In this document: positions 31,698 to 44,702 of the stretch, piece after piece
Position numbering within the stretch: the first letter of the stretch is position 1
How the letters are laid out: every line of letters starts with the position of its first letter
Notes under the pieces: generated by a model
What the model saw: the letters and a program-made list of their open reading frames with translations, nothing else
The model's database searches: none
What the model was told of the DNA's origin: nothing
Program-made: the position numbers and the translations under genes
From: Eledone cirrhosa
Lineage: Eukaryota
Direction: 5' to 3'
NCBI GenBank assembly: GCA_964016885.1
Contig: OZ024741.1
Coordinates: 131,998,001 to 132,062,000, forward strand
DNA length: 64,000 nucleotides

Positions 31698-32093
31698 CAG
31701 GGGGCTCAAACATGCGGCCCGCGAACTACTTTTCTGTGGCCCGTGGTAGAACCAATATTTCATATTGCATTATAAATGGTGAAAATAAGGCGGTGAGCTG
31801 GTGGAATCGTTAGCACATCTGGCGAAATGCTTAACGGTACTTTTTACGTTCTGTGTTCAAATTCCGCCGATCTCAACTTTGCCTTTCATCCTTTTGGGGT
31901 CGATGAATTAAGTACCAGTTGTGTACTAGGATCGATGTAATCGACTGAACCCTAAACCCCAAATTTCATGCCTTGTTCCTATTGTAGAAATGATTATAAC
32001 TGGTGAAAATCTTCACCCACCACCACGTTTGGCCCACTGTGCCTCTCCTCCAGGACGTAATGGCCCTTTTGTGTCCTTGAGTTTGAGACCCCT
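31698..32093. mobile_element. hAT-like MITE carrying a nested SINE (mirror copy 33124-33512)
   Basis: Ends CAGGGGGCTCAAAC..GGCCCGCG and GTTTGAGACCCCT resemble hAT TIRs; no clear 8-bp TSD. Confidence 0.6.
31789..31992 (+). mobile_element. Meta-domain SINE, second subfamily (mirror copy 33218-33423, minus)
   Basis: GGCGGTGAGCTGG head, GTTCAAATTCC, Meta core; 18-bp TSD perfect in the mirror copy (33200-33217 and 33424-33441). Confidence 0.9.
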
Positions 32094-32098
32094 CTTCT

Positions 32099-32129
<31 letters not shown>

Positions 32130-32371
32130 CTTTACTTATTTTCTGTCTCTGGACTACGCCCATGCTGGTAAGTTATGGGGTCGTCAACAAACCAACAAGC
32201 ATTGGTGGGAGAGCAAACACAACGCAAAGACACACACAGACATATATACATATATACGACGGGCTTCTTTTAGTTTCGGTCTATCAAATCCACTCACAGG
32301 GCTTTGGTCGGCCCGGGCAGTGGGACTGAACCCGGAAATGTGTGGTTGGGAAGAAGGTTCTTGTCACACTG

Positions 32372-32458
<87 letters not shown>

Positions 32459-32777
32459 GTATATATATGTGTGTGTGTGTGCGTGTGCGTGTGCGTGTGT
32501 GTGTGTGTGTATAATAACATATTATACACACACATATATATATATATTTTCTCTTTTCAGTTTGGTCTACCTCTGGTGGTAGAGTTCATACCGTAGATAG
32601 AACTCAATGTAATCTTCTAAAATCCATAGAGAAGTTCTGTGTTTCGCTGAATTAATTCTTTAGATACAGAGTCAGATATTAGGTATTAAATTAACAATAA
32701 AAATAAAAACAAGAAAATAAAAACAATGTTATAAAATAACTTGACTTTGTTATTTTATTTTCATTGTTAATTTGATA

Positions 32778-32834
<57 letters not shown>

Positions 32835-33088
32835 GTGTGACAAGAACCTTCTTCCCAACCACATATTTCCGGGTTCAGTCCCACTGCCCGGGCCGACCAA
32901 AGCCCTGTGAGTGGATTTGATAGACCGAAACTAAAAGAAGCCCGTCGTATATATGTATATATGTCTGTGTGTGTCTTTGCGTTTGTGTTTGCCCTCCCAC
33001 CAATGCTTGTTGGTTTGTTGACGTCCTCATAACTTAGCAAGGTGATGCTCCAGCATGGGCGTAGTTCAGAGACAGAAAAAAAGTAAAG

Positions 33089-33121
<33 letters not shown>

Positions 33122-33787
33122 AGAAGAGGTCTCAAACTCAAAGACACCATTACGTCCTGGAGGAGAGGCACAGTGGGCCAAACGTGGTAGTGGGTGAAGA
33201 TTTTCACCAGTTATAATCATTTCTACAATAGGAACAAGGCATGAAATTTGGGGTTTAGAGTTCAGTCGATTACATCGATCCTAGTACATAACTGGTACTT
33301 AATTCATCGACCCCAAAAGGATGAAAGGCAAAGTTGAGATCGGCGGAATTTGAACACAGAACGTAAAATGTACCGTTAAGCATTTCGCCAGATGTGCTAA
33401 CGATTCCACCAGCTCACCGCCTTATTTTCACCAGTTATAATGCAATATGAAATATTGGTTCTACCACGGGCCACAGAAAAGTAGTTCGCGGGCCGCATGT
33501 TTGAGCCCCCTGTTGCTGATAGATAGATATGTTTCTTTTATTTGCCACCAGGGCATCAAAAGTGGGACAAGTACAAGGGGGGAGTTTACACAAAAAGGCG
33601 TCCTCAATAAGGAGGAGGCAATAACAATATATAAAAATAATATATAACAAAAAATAAAATTTATAACAAAATCCTCAATAGAGAGGAGGCGCCTTGGGGG
33701 GTCGCACACACACCCGAAAAAAGTGTGCAACCCTTTTCCTCAGGAGCACAGAGAGGGGGTGCTCCCTCGTTCCTTCCTCTTTTCCAC

Positions 33788-36700
33788 CTACAGGCTTATG
33801 TAAAGAGATGGCCCATGCACACGGGCCATTCTCGCCACTTTCACCCATCTTTCATAAAAACGACTGGGGTGGAGCACCTCTCTCTCCATCCTGATCCTTC
33901 TTCCGAAATGATATCGGAAGAAACGGACCAGTTGTTGGCCAGAGAGAAAGGTGCCTGACCTCAGTCCTTTCAGACGCGTCCACCATACAACCTCTTTCGC
34001 CATGGCTATTACGCACAGAAACACCGCCTCTGCTTCATCTTTGAAGGGGGGAGGCGGCTTGATCATTACAATAGACTCGGTGGTCAACCGGATCGGTCCC
34101 ACCCTTGACAGCAGTTGTTCGACATAGCCCCACAGATCGGCTACGCCCGAGCAGTGTACCAATGCGTGTGCAACGGTTTCCTCGTCGCACACGCATCTGG
34201 GACAGATCTTTTTGGCGGGGTCCCTACCCGGGCGCCCGTGTCTGTAGAGCTTTTCTCGAACGGGTAGAGCCCCTCGGTAGCACTGCCAGGCCAGGGACTT
34301 CTGGAAGTTGTCCATAGGTCCCGGGCTGAATGTCCTCCCGAACAGGCTGGCCAGTTCGTCCTCCTCCATGTCTAGGGCTTCTCCGAGGGCGTCGTCGCAC
34401 CTGCTGCGTACCAGCCCTCTATAGAATGTTGTGGTGGAGTCTCCACTGATAACCGGATCCGCCTGCCAGAGGGCGGTGAGCGCCTGGGCACACTCAGTGT
34501 GCCAGGCGCCCAGTTTTCTCGGTCTTTGCTTGACCCAGGATTGCAGCTCGGTGAGTGAGACGAGTCTGGGAAAGGTTCGTCTCACAAACGAGGCCCACAC
34601 CGGTTGACCGGTGAGGAATACGTAGAGGTGCCGTAGCCTTAATGCGTGTTTACGCATCATTAGCCACGGCATTCCCAGCCCTCCTTTTGAAGGGTTTTGA
34701 CAGCAGATGGATCTCCTCACCATAGGAGCCCGCCTCTTCCAAAGGAATTGGAAGAGCGCGCGCTCCATCTTGGCGAAGGTTTCCCTTGGGCAGGGCACTA
34801 CGGTCAGGCGGTAGTAGATGACGGACGCTATATAGGTGTTCGCCACCTCCGCCCGACCTTTCAGGGATAGTTTGCAACTGGCCCACTTCTGGGTCAGTGC
34901 AAACACCCTGTTCGTAACCTCCGCCCAGTTTTTCTCCACGTGGAGGTCCGGTCCGAACCAGACCCCGAGCAACTTCACCGGGCCCTCCGTCCAACGTCCG
35001 ACGACGCCATCGGAGGGCATCGGTCTGTCCCTCCGCGTGCCGAGTTGCAAACCGATCGACTTGTCCCGGTTCAGCTTAGCCCCTGTGAACCTTTCGTACT
35101 CCTCCAGTAAGGTGCCGACCGCCTCGATTTCGGAGGCCGTCGACACCATTACTGTTACGTCATCGGCGTAGGCCGACACCGCTTTCCGCAATCCCGGTTC
35201 CAACTGGATGTCCTTCAACAACTCCAACTTCCGAAGTAGTGGCTCGAGAGTCAACACATACAGAAGGGAGGAGAGAGGGCACCCTTGTCGGATGGACCGC
35301 GCAATTTTGAACGGCTCCGAGAGGTAGCCGTTCACCCTGACCCTAGAGCAGATGCGGCTGCTGTGCATAGCAGTGATCCAGCCCCTGAAAACGGGTCCGA
35401 AGCCTGCCGCCGCTAACACCGCATCCAGGTAACCATTGTCGACCCTATCGAACGCCTTAGATTGATCCAAGTTGATCAGAGCCCCACCAAAGCCGGGTCC
35501 GTTCCCAACCCTCTCTATGGTGTATCGCATGAGGTGGAGGTTGTCATAGATGGACCTGGACGGGATAGCGCATGTCTGCGCATCTCCCACCAGGTTGCCT
35601 ACGACAAGCGCCAACCTCTTTGCTAGCACCTTGGCCAAAATCTGTAACTCTGTATTTAGCAGAGTTATGGGCCTGAAGTTACTTATTTCGTCCCCCTTGT
35701 TCTCATCCTTCCTCACTAGCGTGACTACGCCCTTGGTCACAGTACAGGGAATTCTCCCGTTCTGTTGCCAGTTGCAGTAGACCGCCTCGAGGAGATCGGG
35801 GGACAAGTCCGGCATAGCTAGATATAATTCGTAAGGAAGACCATCGAGACCCGGGGATTTGCGTTTGCCGCATTGGCTCAGCACGTCCTCTATCTCAGCG
35901 GCCGAAATCGGCTCCTCGCAGGACTTCGCCTCCCTGTCCGAGAGACGCGGCAGGCCGTCGAGGTATGGACCGAAGTCCACGTTCCCAACCGGCACCCCGC
36001 CCCTCCCGAACAGTCGGGCAAAGTGCCTTTGAAAGGCCTCACACATCTGCTTAGGCTCAAGAATCGCCCGTCCTTCCAGGTCTCGCAAAGACCGGATGGT
36101 GGATTTAGTTCCACTGTTGGCCTCTGTCACGCGGGCCCAGCTAACAGCTTTGGTCCCCTCGTTCCCTAGAGCACGTATTTTACTTCGGACAACGCAGCCT
36201 TCGTGCTTCGCGTCGAAAAACTGGCTCAAAGCCGTTCTCGACGCTAGCACTCTGGCCACGTCGCCGCTTCTAATTGCCTCTTCTACTCTATCGATTAGCT
36301 CCCTTTCCTTCCTATTCCTATCCGCAGCTAGAACCTTACTAAATTCTATCGAGACTACTCTAATCTCTCTCTTTAGAGATACCCACCACCTGCTGTTGAC
36401 GATCGCTCCAGTCAACCGTTCCTTAACTAACGTACTCATCCGATCCCTGTAAACTCTACTTGCCGGCAAGGACAAGTTGAGCTTCCAGTAACCGGGGCCC
36501 TGTCTATGCGTTCTATCAAGGTTGACCATGCAGGTCACCAACTTGTGGTCTGAATAGCCAACCATGAGCATTACTGGACAACTTAAAAAGTCCCTGTCCT
36601 TATTTCTAACTAAAAACCTATCTAGGTACGACCTAGATGATCCGCTGCGATTTGACCAAGACCAGGTTGGCACCGTCGGAAAATCTAGTCGAAATCTATC

Positions 36701-37226
36701 GGCCAGGTCAAATCGGCCGAGTAACCCCTTGAGGCTGTTGCACCCCTCTCTATCGGGACATGCCCCTGCATAGTCCCAACGTGCATCCAGGATACCATTC
36801 CAATCCCCCACTAAAAGCAGGGAACGGGACGTCCCTAGAAAAGACTCCAGACGCTGGAAAAAGTCGAGCCGCTCTGTCCCAAAAGCGACATATGCGGCTA
36901 CCAGCCTAAAGGCTCCACCTTCACCACTGCCAAGGTCCAGCACCACCAGTCGACCCCCTGGGTCCAAGTGAACTATCTGTGTTGCAAGGCCCAGATGTTT
37001 TTGCAGCAGAACGACAACCCCACCCCCACCTCCGGGCTGACAGAGAGATGCGTGCATCTCAAAGTCGTCAAAGGTGGGGGGCTAGCTGCCGCATGTTGCT
37101 GATCCGGGCCTCGCAGATAACCATCACATTTATAGATTGTGACCTGAGGTCATTTAGAAGCATTGCTTGCTTCCAAGATGAGCCCAGACCACGCGCATTT
37201 AGACACCCTACTCTTAGCACAGCCAT
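33788..37226 (-). pseudogene. Tx1-B ORF2 (APE endonuclease, RT, C-terminal Zn finger) with one frameshift near 37075
   Basis: LNARGL, GDWN, YLDRF, SDH, SPGLDG, NFRPITLLN, DQSKAFD, QGCPLS, YADD, CPRC..ETVAHALVHC; N-terminal ~50 aa in another frame. Confidence 0.93.
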
Positions 37227-37250
37227 GTTGGTGGTAAGGAGAAAAGGCAC

Positions 37251-39077
37251 TTACCTCTCTGCGTCCCGGGAAACGGGCCGCTCAATTTCCATGCTGGTTG
37301 GGGATGGGTTGTTGGGTGGGGTGGTGGTTTGTGGAAGTGAAGGGGCATCGGTGTGTTGTGGGGTTGGGGTGTTTGTGGTTGAGTGTGTGTCTGGGTGGGG
37401 GGGGGGGGATTTTTAGGAGGACGCGGTTGATTGGTTTGGCGCAGGGGGGGGGGGGGGTCCACGTCCTCCGTGAAATTTATTTTCAGTGTTTTGTACAAGT
37501 TCATTGGGACTTTTATCATTTTTAAATGAGGTAGTCCCACAGCAGTTATAAAGTTAGGCCCTTCAGTTTGGACCGAAGGGTTTGCTGAAATTGTTTTCCG
37601 TAATTCTTTGTTGTCTGTGTTCATGTATGTATATTGTAAGGTCTTTTTTGTGTAGCAGTTAGTGTTGTGTGACAGGGAGGAGTGGTTTGTGTGTAGTTTG
37701 TGTTCTCTTGGGGGGGGGGGGGTTAAAGTTAACATGTGTGTCTGTGGTGCGTCTCCTCTTCTTTCTTTTTACTTGTTGGAAGGGATCTTTTTCGTCTTGC
37801 GACGAAAGGGGTTCGTCTTCCTTGTTGGGTGGGAGGGGTATGTTTTCTGGTAGTGTTTGCGGTGTGTGTGTTTTTGTATTTGTTTTGGGTGGGGAGGGAT
37901 TGGGTGGGACAGTATTCTGTGTTATTTTTCCACGTGTTTGTTGTTGTTGTTGTTGTTGTTGTGGTGGTGGTGGTGTTGGTTTTTGTTGTTGTTGTTGTTG
38001 TGGTTGTTGTTGGGGTGGTGTTGGTGTTGGTAGCAGTGTTTTTTTCTGTGTGAGCTGGGGACAGGCAGCCCTCGGGTGACCTCTATTGCCACAGAGGTAA
38101 CAGTAGGGACGCCTACCTTCCACAATAATGTTGAGGTGGGTACGGTCATCCAGCATGACGCGCTCAGGGATTTGGGCGATACGTTCTGGCCTTATTTGGG
38201 TCAGAACTTCGATGCTCGTTCCACTGAACGCGTCGCCGGATGCCTTCCCTATTGAAATGAGGTTGTCCTCGTCTAAATTGAGGAAACCGGTTAGTAACCA
38301 CCAGTAGTTTATGTTTGGGGTGATGGTGGTTATCCATATCCTCTGGGTTTTTTTACCCATGTAGGTGGGGAAGAAGGTGTAGTGTGTGGAACGAATTGGC
38401 GACACAGAATATTTTTTCGCCGCCAATTCGTCTTTCATCAATATGGATAAACTCCCATAGAGTTTATCCTTTTGTATGAAAGTGATGTCTGTCATCGCTT
38501 CTTTCAGTACTAACTGAATTTCAGCTTGAGATGGTTGTGCTGGTTTTTTTGTTTTATTTAAAATTGTACGGAATACGACAGTTCGTAATTCCGTCTGTTT
38601 TTTTAGTTCTGGAGGTGAATGTATAGAAAACGAACCGTTTTCGCCAAAAGATACATATTTCTTGGCTTTTTCCAGCATTTCTTTTGCTTTTGAAATATCT
38701 TCCAGCACATACGTGACTGATAATTTAGCCGTTTGTGCAAAAGATATTTTGTTTTCGTTGTTGGTGTTTGTATTGTTTTGTTTCTCGTCGTTTGAGTTGT
38801 TTTCATCTTTGTTTTTGTTGTTGTCTTTCTCGTTTGGTGTGTGGATACTTGTGACGTTTGTGTTGTTGTTGTTTTTGTTGTCTTTATTGTTGCTGTTGTT
38901 GTCGTTGTTGTTGTTGTTGTTTTCAATTTCTTGTATAGTTGTGACCACAGGTGAAGACAATTCTTCCTCTCTCTGACCTCTGCCTTTGGCATCTGCTGCT
39001 GTGACAGTGGCAGGGGGAAGCTGTGAGTATGACTTCCCCTTTCCTTCTTTGATTGATGGTGAAGATGCTTCAGCCAT
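37251..39077 (-). pseudogene. Tx1-B ORF1 (gag-like, CCHC knuckle), frameshifted in C-terminal homopolymer runs
   Basis: CYLCGNRGHPRAAC; homologous to ORF1 at 49064 (P(T/S)(Y/H)MGK, QIRPE, EG(R/K)RP). Confidence 0.88.
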
Positions 39078-39351
39078 TTTTCTCAAAATAGGGTTTTTCG
39101 AAGTTTTTCGAAAGATAAAATGTTTACAATACTATTTCGCCCAAAGGCGCAGAATATTTTGAGAGACCGACCAGATCAAAATTTGACCTGGCAGTCCCTC
39201 TACAAAATGGTACAAAAATGAAAGTTTACAGTTTACAATTTCCGGATGAATTTAAACAAAACTTACCGAGCGAGTTCAGCACATATGTCCATCCTAAAGA
39301 GAGAGATATAGATAGATAGATAGGTAGATAGATAGGTAGATAGACGTGTAC

Positions 39352-39386
<35 letters not shown>

Positions 39387-39430
39387 TTCTTACTCTCTGT
39401 CCCTCCCTCTTTCTCTCTTCATTTATATAC

Positions 39431-39483
<53 letters not shown>

Positions 39484-39572
39484 GTGGAAAACTGGAAGGT
39501 AATATATGTAGTGGTAGAGCACGCAGTCCATGGGACGAGTTAGCTAGAAGTGGTTACACAACAGTTAGTTCA

Positions 39573-39622
39573 CCATACCGAGAACAATTGTTTCACTTTA
39601 GCGGATCCTCAGTTCGGAATGG
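39573..39622 (-). ncRNA. Minimal hammerhead in the inverted pLTR copy (family H3, mutated)
   Basis: CCATTCCGAA-CTGAGGA-TCCGCTAAAGT-GAAA-C-AATT-G-T-T-CTCGGTATGG. Confidence 0.65.
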
Positions 39623-40079
39623 GCATGGTTATAGGAACAGGAAGGACAACCGTACGAACGCGCATGCGCAGAAACCCGGTCACTTCACACAGGCAATACT
39701 AGACTGCGTGCGAGAGGTGTAAGGGGCATAACTGCTAAAGTGCGAAAATTTTTTAGGTTGAAAATAAAATTACAAAGAATCAGTCCGGAGCCTTGTAGTT
39801 ATGCAATAGATGTTTGGCGACGTGTGGACAACGTGTGAAAAATTCATTCCTCGTGTTTAGGCAATCACTATTGCGTAATCTCTTTAGAATAGTTATTCGT
39901 TCGTCGATACATAAGCCACACGTCGGATTTCCCCTTCAGTACTTGAATCTCAAACCTCTCCTCTAATAAGGCTATCTATGACAGGGCGACACCCTACTGT
40001 AACACGGCGTTGGCTAACAGCGGCTTCTCACAACCCATCACGTACTCTCCCACTAGCAACAACACCATTAAGAAAAGTA

Positions 40080-40750
40080 AGCGCAACAATAGACAAACTA
40101 TCTGGTTCTCTCCTCCCTTCTCACTCAACGTTAAAACCAATGTAGGAAAAAATGTCTAGCCCTCTTAGATAGACACTTTCCCATAGGTCATAAATACCGC
40201 TCCATTTTTAACCGACACAAAGTTAAACTAGGATACTCTTGCGCTAAGAACATGAAGGCCCACATCACCAGCAGCCCTAGGAGCAACACCCCACCAGGGT
40301 GCTCTTGCCGTAAGCCTGAAGTTTGCCCCCTTCAACAGCAATGCAACACACCAGCTGTAATTTATGAAGCTGTAGTCACTTCCAACCGACCAAACGAACT
40401 ACAGGATGTTAAATCCTATGTGGGCATTATCGGAGGGCCGATTTAAGGAACGTTTCCTGAACCACCAGTCTACCTTCAGGTACCTGGACAGACGTTCATC
40501 CACGAAACTCGCAAGCCACGTATGGTCCCTCAAGGACTCAAGTATAGACTACTCGGTTCAATGGAAAGCCATCACTAAGTCCAAGCCATACGCAAGGGGA
40601 AATCCGACGTGTGGCTTATGTATCGACGAACGAATAACTATTCTAAAGAGATTACGCAATAGTGATTGCCTAAACACGAGAAATGAATTTTTCACACGTT
40701 GTCCACACGTCGCCAAACACCTATTGCATAACTACAAGGCTCCGGACTAA
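40080..40750 (+). pseudogene. Penelope-like RT thumb, Cys linker and GIY-YIG endonuclease remnant
   Basis: ORFs 40252-40446 and 40406-40750 joined by a frameshift. Confidence 0.85.
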
Positions 40751-40907
40751 TTCTTTGTAATTTTATTTTCAACCTAAAAACTTTTCGGACTTTCGCAGTT
40801 ATCTCCCTTACACCTCTCGCACGCAGTCTAGTATTGCCTGTGTGAAGTGACCGGGTTTCTGCGCATGCGCGTTCGTACGGTTGTCCTTCCTGTTCCTATA
40901 ACCATGC

Positions 40908-40957
40908 CCATTCCGAGCTGAGGATCCGCTAAGGTGAAACAATTGTTCTCGGTATGG
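40908..40957 (+). ncRNA. Minimal hammerhead ribozyme in the Penelope pLTR (family H3)
   Basis: CCATTCCGAG-CTGAGGA-TCCGCTAAGGT-GAAA-C-AATT-G-T-T-CTCGGTATGG: 9/10-bp stem I, palindromic loop 3, GUU triplet, weak stem II. Confidence 0.8.
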
Positions 40958-40981
40958 TGAACTAACTGTTGTGTAACCACT

Positions 40982-41045
<64 letters not shown>

Positions 41046-41168
41046 GTTGTTGAAAAGAGCAGTGGCCTTTGACCTGGCAATTGGAGACAGAATTCTTTCT
41101 GTACCAAAACCAAGGCACACACACACACATGTTTGTGTGTGTGTATGTATATATATATATATGTGTGG

Positions 41169-41244
<76 letters not shown>

Positions 41245-41917
41245 CAATGTATATATATATGGGATACAAATATTGCTTTCTCACTGTCTCCAAGCTTCTC
41301 AATTCATTCGTTGCTACTAAGTATTGTATTTTGCTACGAGGTATTTTATTTTGCAAGGTATTATTTTCCCCCTGAGTTTGTGATTTCAGAGAAAGGTAAG
41401 AAATTCTTCATATTTTGCATCTTTTGTATTTTGACTTTACAGTTTGAATTGTAGAATTGTTTATCCAATCAAAATATTACAACAGCTAACAGTGAAATAT
41501 AGAATTTAAAAAAAAAGCTTTTTCGATTGAGATCAAATCTTTGAGAATATTCACGTCTATTTTTCAAAAATATATAATTTGGAATAATTTGCTTTTGTTT
41601 TGGACTGAAACGTTTTTGTATTTAATTCGTACGAATATTTTTTAAAGATCTTTTTCCAGATTCTAACATAACTTGATTTGGCCCAGTAATCTACTGATAT
41701 TAAAATCAGTAGTATATTGAAAAATGGAAAAATGGGGGGGGGGGGGCGCCGTTTCGTGATTTTGAGGGGCAAAAGGGGGCGTTTGGCCGAAATGGGTTGA
41801 GAACATTTGCTTTAAACCAACAAGGATACCAGCCTTGACCCTTTCCCATCCATCTCCTCCCCGCCAAACAAAAAGACATAATGTACTTCAGAGTTAGTAC
41901 CTATCTATCTATCTATC

Positions 41918-41974
<57 letters not shown>

Positions 41975-42843
41975 TGTGCACTCTATTAAGTCAAGTTTGC
42001 CAAAACAACGGATTTGCCCACCACGCACTTTGTTCTATACATCAGCGATCTGGGAACATGTGGCTGCTAACACTAACAGCTCGAAAAAGCTTATATCGAC
42101 GCCCCAGTTGGATCGTCTATAATGTTATTCTCATCATTTTCATTGCCTTGGCCAGCAATAATTGTCTACGATTACATAATTTCATGCGGTAGAAATTAGA
42201 AAAAGGAATGTCATCTTAAGTAGAAAATACCTAAAGACTGGTTCAGGCAAAACCCTTCATCTGAGAATGAGAGAGTGACAAAATTCCCATACCTCCCTTC
42301 TGCTTTTTTTTTTTTTGCCTGAATGGGATATAGTAAGTATCTAATTTAAAGGTCATCTATACAGAAAACCTATCTCAGCCACAGTTTACAAGCTGAGTGG
42401 GTGCCAACCGTCAAGCGCGATAAAGTGAAACAAACGTTTTTTGAGGACAGATAATGTATCACATAGAGTAGGACATCTCGTCAAATAAATACGTGAATGT
42501 CAGGTCTGTAAAAATTAATGATGCAGTAGTAATTCTGTATTGTATTTAAGCAAACTCAGTTGATAACGAGGTCTGTGAGCTTCTTAATTATCTCATTATT
42601 CATCTGATCGCTGTCAAAATGAATCAGATAATGATTGTGGTTGCAGTTGTTTAGCTAACAGACAAACTGGTTGTGTCAGGTTAGGTCACTCGAAATGTTA
42701 GTAGTGTAAAAGTAGAGGCAATACATCATAGTAGCGGATTCATATATATATTTAAGCGGAATTCTGTCGCCGGGTCACACCATTTTAAAGGCGGTATGAG
42801 CTGTAATCAAATGTCTTTATACACACACACACGCACACACACA

Positions 42844-43006
<163 letters not shown>

Positions 43007-43194
43007 ATATAAAAAAAAAACACCAAAGTAGTTAAGATGAACAATTAACAACATTGTACCATGAGATTTCATATTCACTGCACATATTTCGTTCCGTTGC
43101 CCTTTAAAATACGAATGAGTCTAGAGAAACTTACACAAACTGCTTCCCTCTCCTTGATAGTGGGGCGTTATGTATTTAACTCAATGTATGATGT

Positions 43195-43460
43195 TGCAGT
43201 CATGGCCGAATGGTTAAGAAGTTCACTTCGCAATTATTAGGTCCTCGTTTCGATCCCACTGCGCGGCATCTTAGGCACGTATTATTTACCATAGCCTCAC
43301 GTCGAACCATGCTCTGTGAAAGAAATTGGATAGATGTTTGGAATATCATTGGATGGACTGTTTCTGTAATTCAAAGGGCGAGCTGAATCTCTCCGAGAAT
43401 TACATTACTGGTATAGGTGTCTATAAGATGCTAAGTCACTTACACGTTAATTTCAGGAAA
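43195..43460 (+). mobile_element. Old tRNA-derived SINE (CORE-like)
   Basis: TGGCCGAATGG A-box, GTTTCGATCCC B-box; homologous to 14705-15040. Confidence 0.65.
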
Positions 43461-43559
43461 TAATTGGAATACACATCCGATACACATAGTCCATTCAAAA
43501 CCATATAGCATAACCGTAAGAAATATATCGAAATTTTATAGGAAAATGTTTCTGAATTC

Positions 43560-43925
43560 TATAGGTATCGGGGAGATATAGGGTTCGATTCCTGATAGCG
43601 GACGATAGTAACTACTTTTCCGTTTTTTAAGAGGCTTCATCCAATTTTATAGCATCTCCACACAAGACCACATCATTCTTTATATTAACTTTATCCTCAC
43701 TGTGCTTCGTAAGAGTCTTTGTTTACATACGATATCTGTTAACATCTGAAAGCTGTGATTCAGCTATGTAAATTTAAACGGTAAAAGTTGCACGGACCCT
43801 AGGCTTAAAGATCTAAATCGTAAAGCCGGTATCTGGGACATATGGGGTTCGATTCCTCATAGCGACCAATGGTAACTTTTTATTCTTCTCTTAAAGCATC
43901 TCCGCACGTGAGCACACCATTCTTT

Positions 43926-43928
<3 letters not shown>
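43560..43928 (+). repeat. Two diverged copies of a B-box-containing short repeat
   Basis: GGTATC..GGGTTCGATTCCT..ATAGCG..GTAACT..AGCATCTCC at ~43563 and ~43828. Confidence 0.55.
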
Positions 43929-43979
<51 letters not shown>

Positions 43980-44035
43980 AATTAATAAAATAATGAATAA
44001 ACAAAGAAACAGTTCCTTATATTAAAAAAAATTCA

Positions 44036-44173
44036 TCATTTTACGATCGTTTCTAGGATATATATGTGTGTTAGAGTTGGTATGCATATTCTATAGATCT
44101 ATGTACAATATTTATACAAACTATCAGAGGGAATATACATACCTACACATATATATGCTGTCTTCAGAAATAA
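44036..44173 (-). ncRNA. Hammerhead-like motif with very long stem-loop II (family H4)
   Basis: TTATTT-CTGAAGA-[CAGC-ATATATATGTGT..ACACATATATAT-CCTA]-GAAA-C-GATC-G-T-A-AAATGA. Confidence 0.6.
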
Positions 44174-44354
44174 CTGTTTCTACTTTAGGCAGAGGGCCAG
44201 CAATTACCCAGTGCATTACTGGTACTTTATTTTATCGACCCCGTAAGGATGAAAGGCAAAGTCAACCTCGGCGGGATTTGAACTCAGATCGTAAAGGGAC
44301 GTAACTATGCTGGAAAGCATGGCGACCGACCCTCTACCGATACTGCCAATCCAC
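44174..44354 (-). mobile_element. Meta-domain SINE
   Basis: Full reverse-complement copy; CAGAAATAA on both sides. Confidence 0.9.
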
Positions 44355-44520
44355 AGAAATAATGATATTTGTTTATTGAAAAAAAACAAAGATTCAATAC
44401 AATAGGTCTGTTTGGGAACAGGTTTTGAATTGACCGATAGAGAGATAAATAAATTGAATTATGTAATAACACAACCCTGTCTTAATGTTCATTCGAATAA
44501 CAAACACAGACACAAACACA

Positions 44521-44702
<182 letters not shown>

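Larger units (their letters stand above)
30988..32510. repeat. Left arm of a ~1.5 kb inverted duplication; right arm = 32780-33529 + 39298-39480 + 40983-41655
   Basis: 31695-32370 is the reverse complement of 32830-33516; 31590-31690 of 39310-39433; 30988-31550 of 41042-41655. Confidence 0.95.
33530..39297 (-). mobile_element. Full-length Tx1/L1-clade LINE (Tx1-B) inserted in an (ATCT)n microsatellite
   Basis: ORF1 plus ORF2; 3' end GCCCTGGTGGCAAATAAAAGAAAC followed by ATATCTATCTATC; empty site at 31660-31700. Confidence 0.95.
39481..40982 (+). mobile_element. 5'-truncated Penelope-like element (Naiad/Neptune-like) with inverted pseudo-LTR, inserted in (TA)n
   Basis: 39548-39936 is an inverted copy of 40594-40982; coding remnants IWFSPPFSLNVKTN, CSCR..CPL..C, VIY..YVG, RF..H, CGLC, LN, CPH (GIY-YIG). 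Confidence 0.92.

Noticed and set aside
40252-40750. Selenocysteine recoding as reported for some Naiad elements
   Set aside because: Conserved Cys positions use TGT/TGC; no in-frame TGA is seen in this fragment
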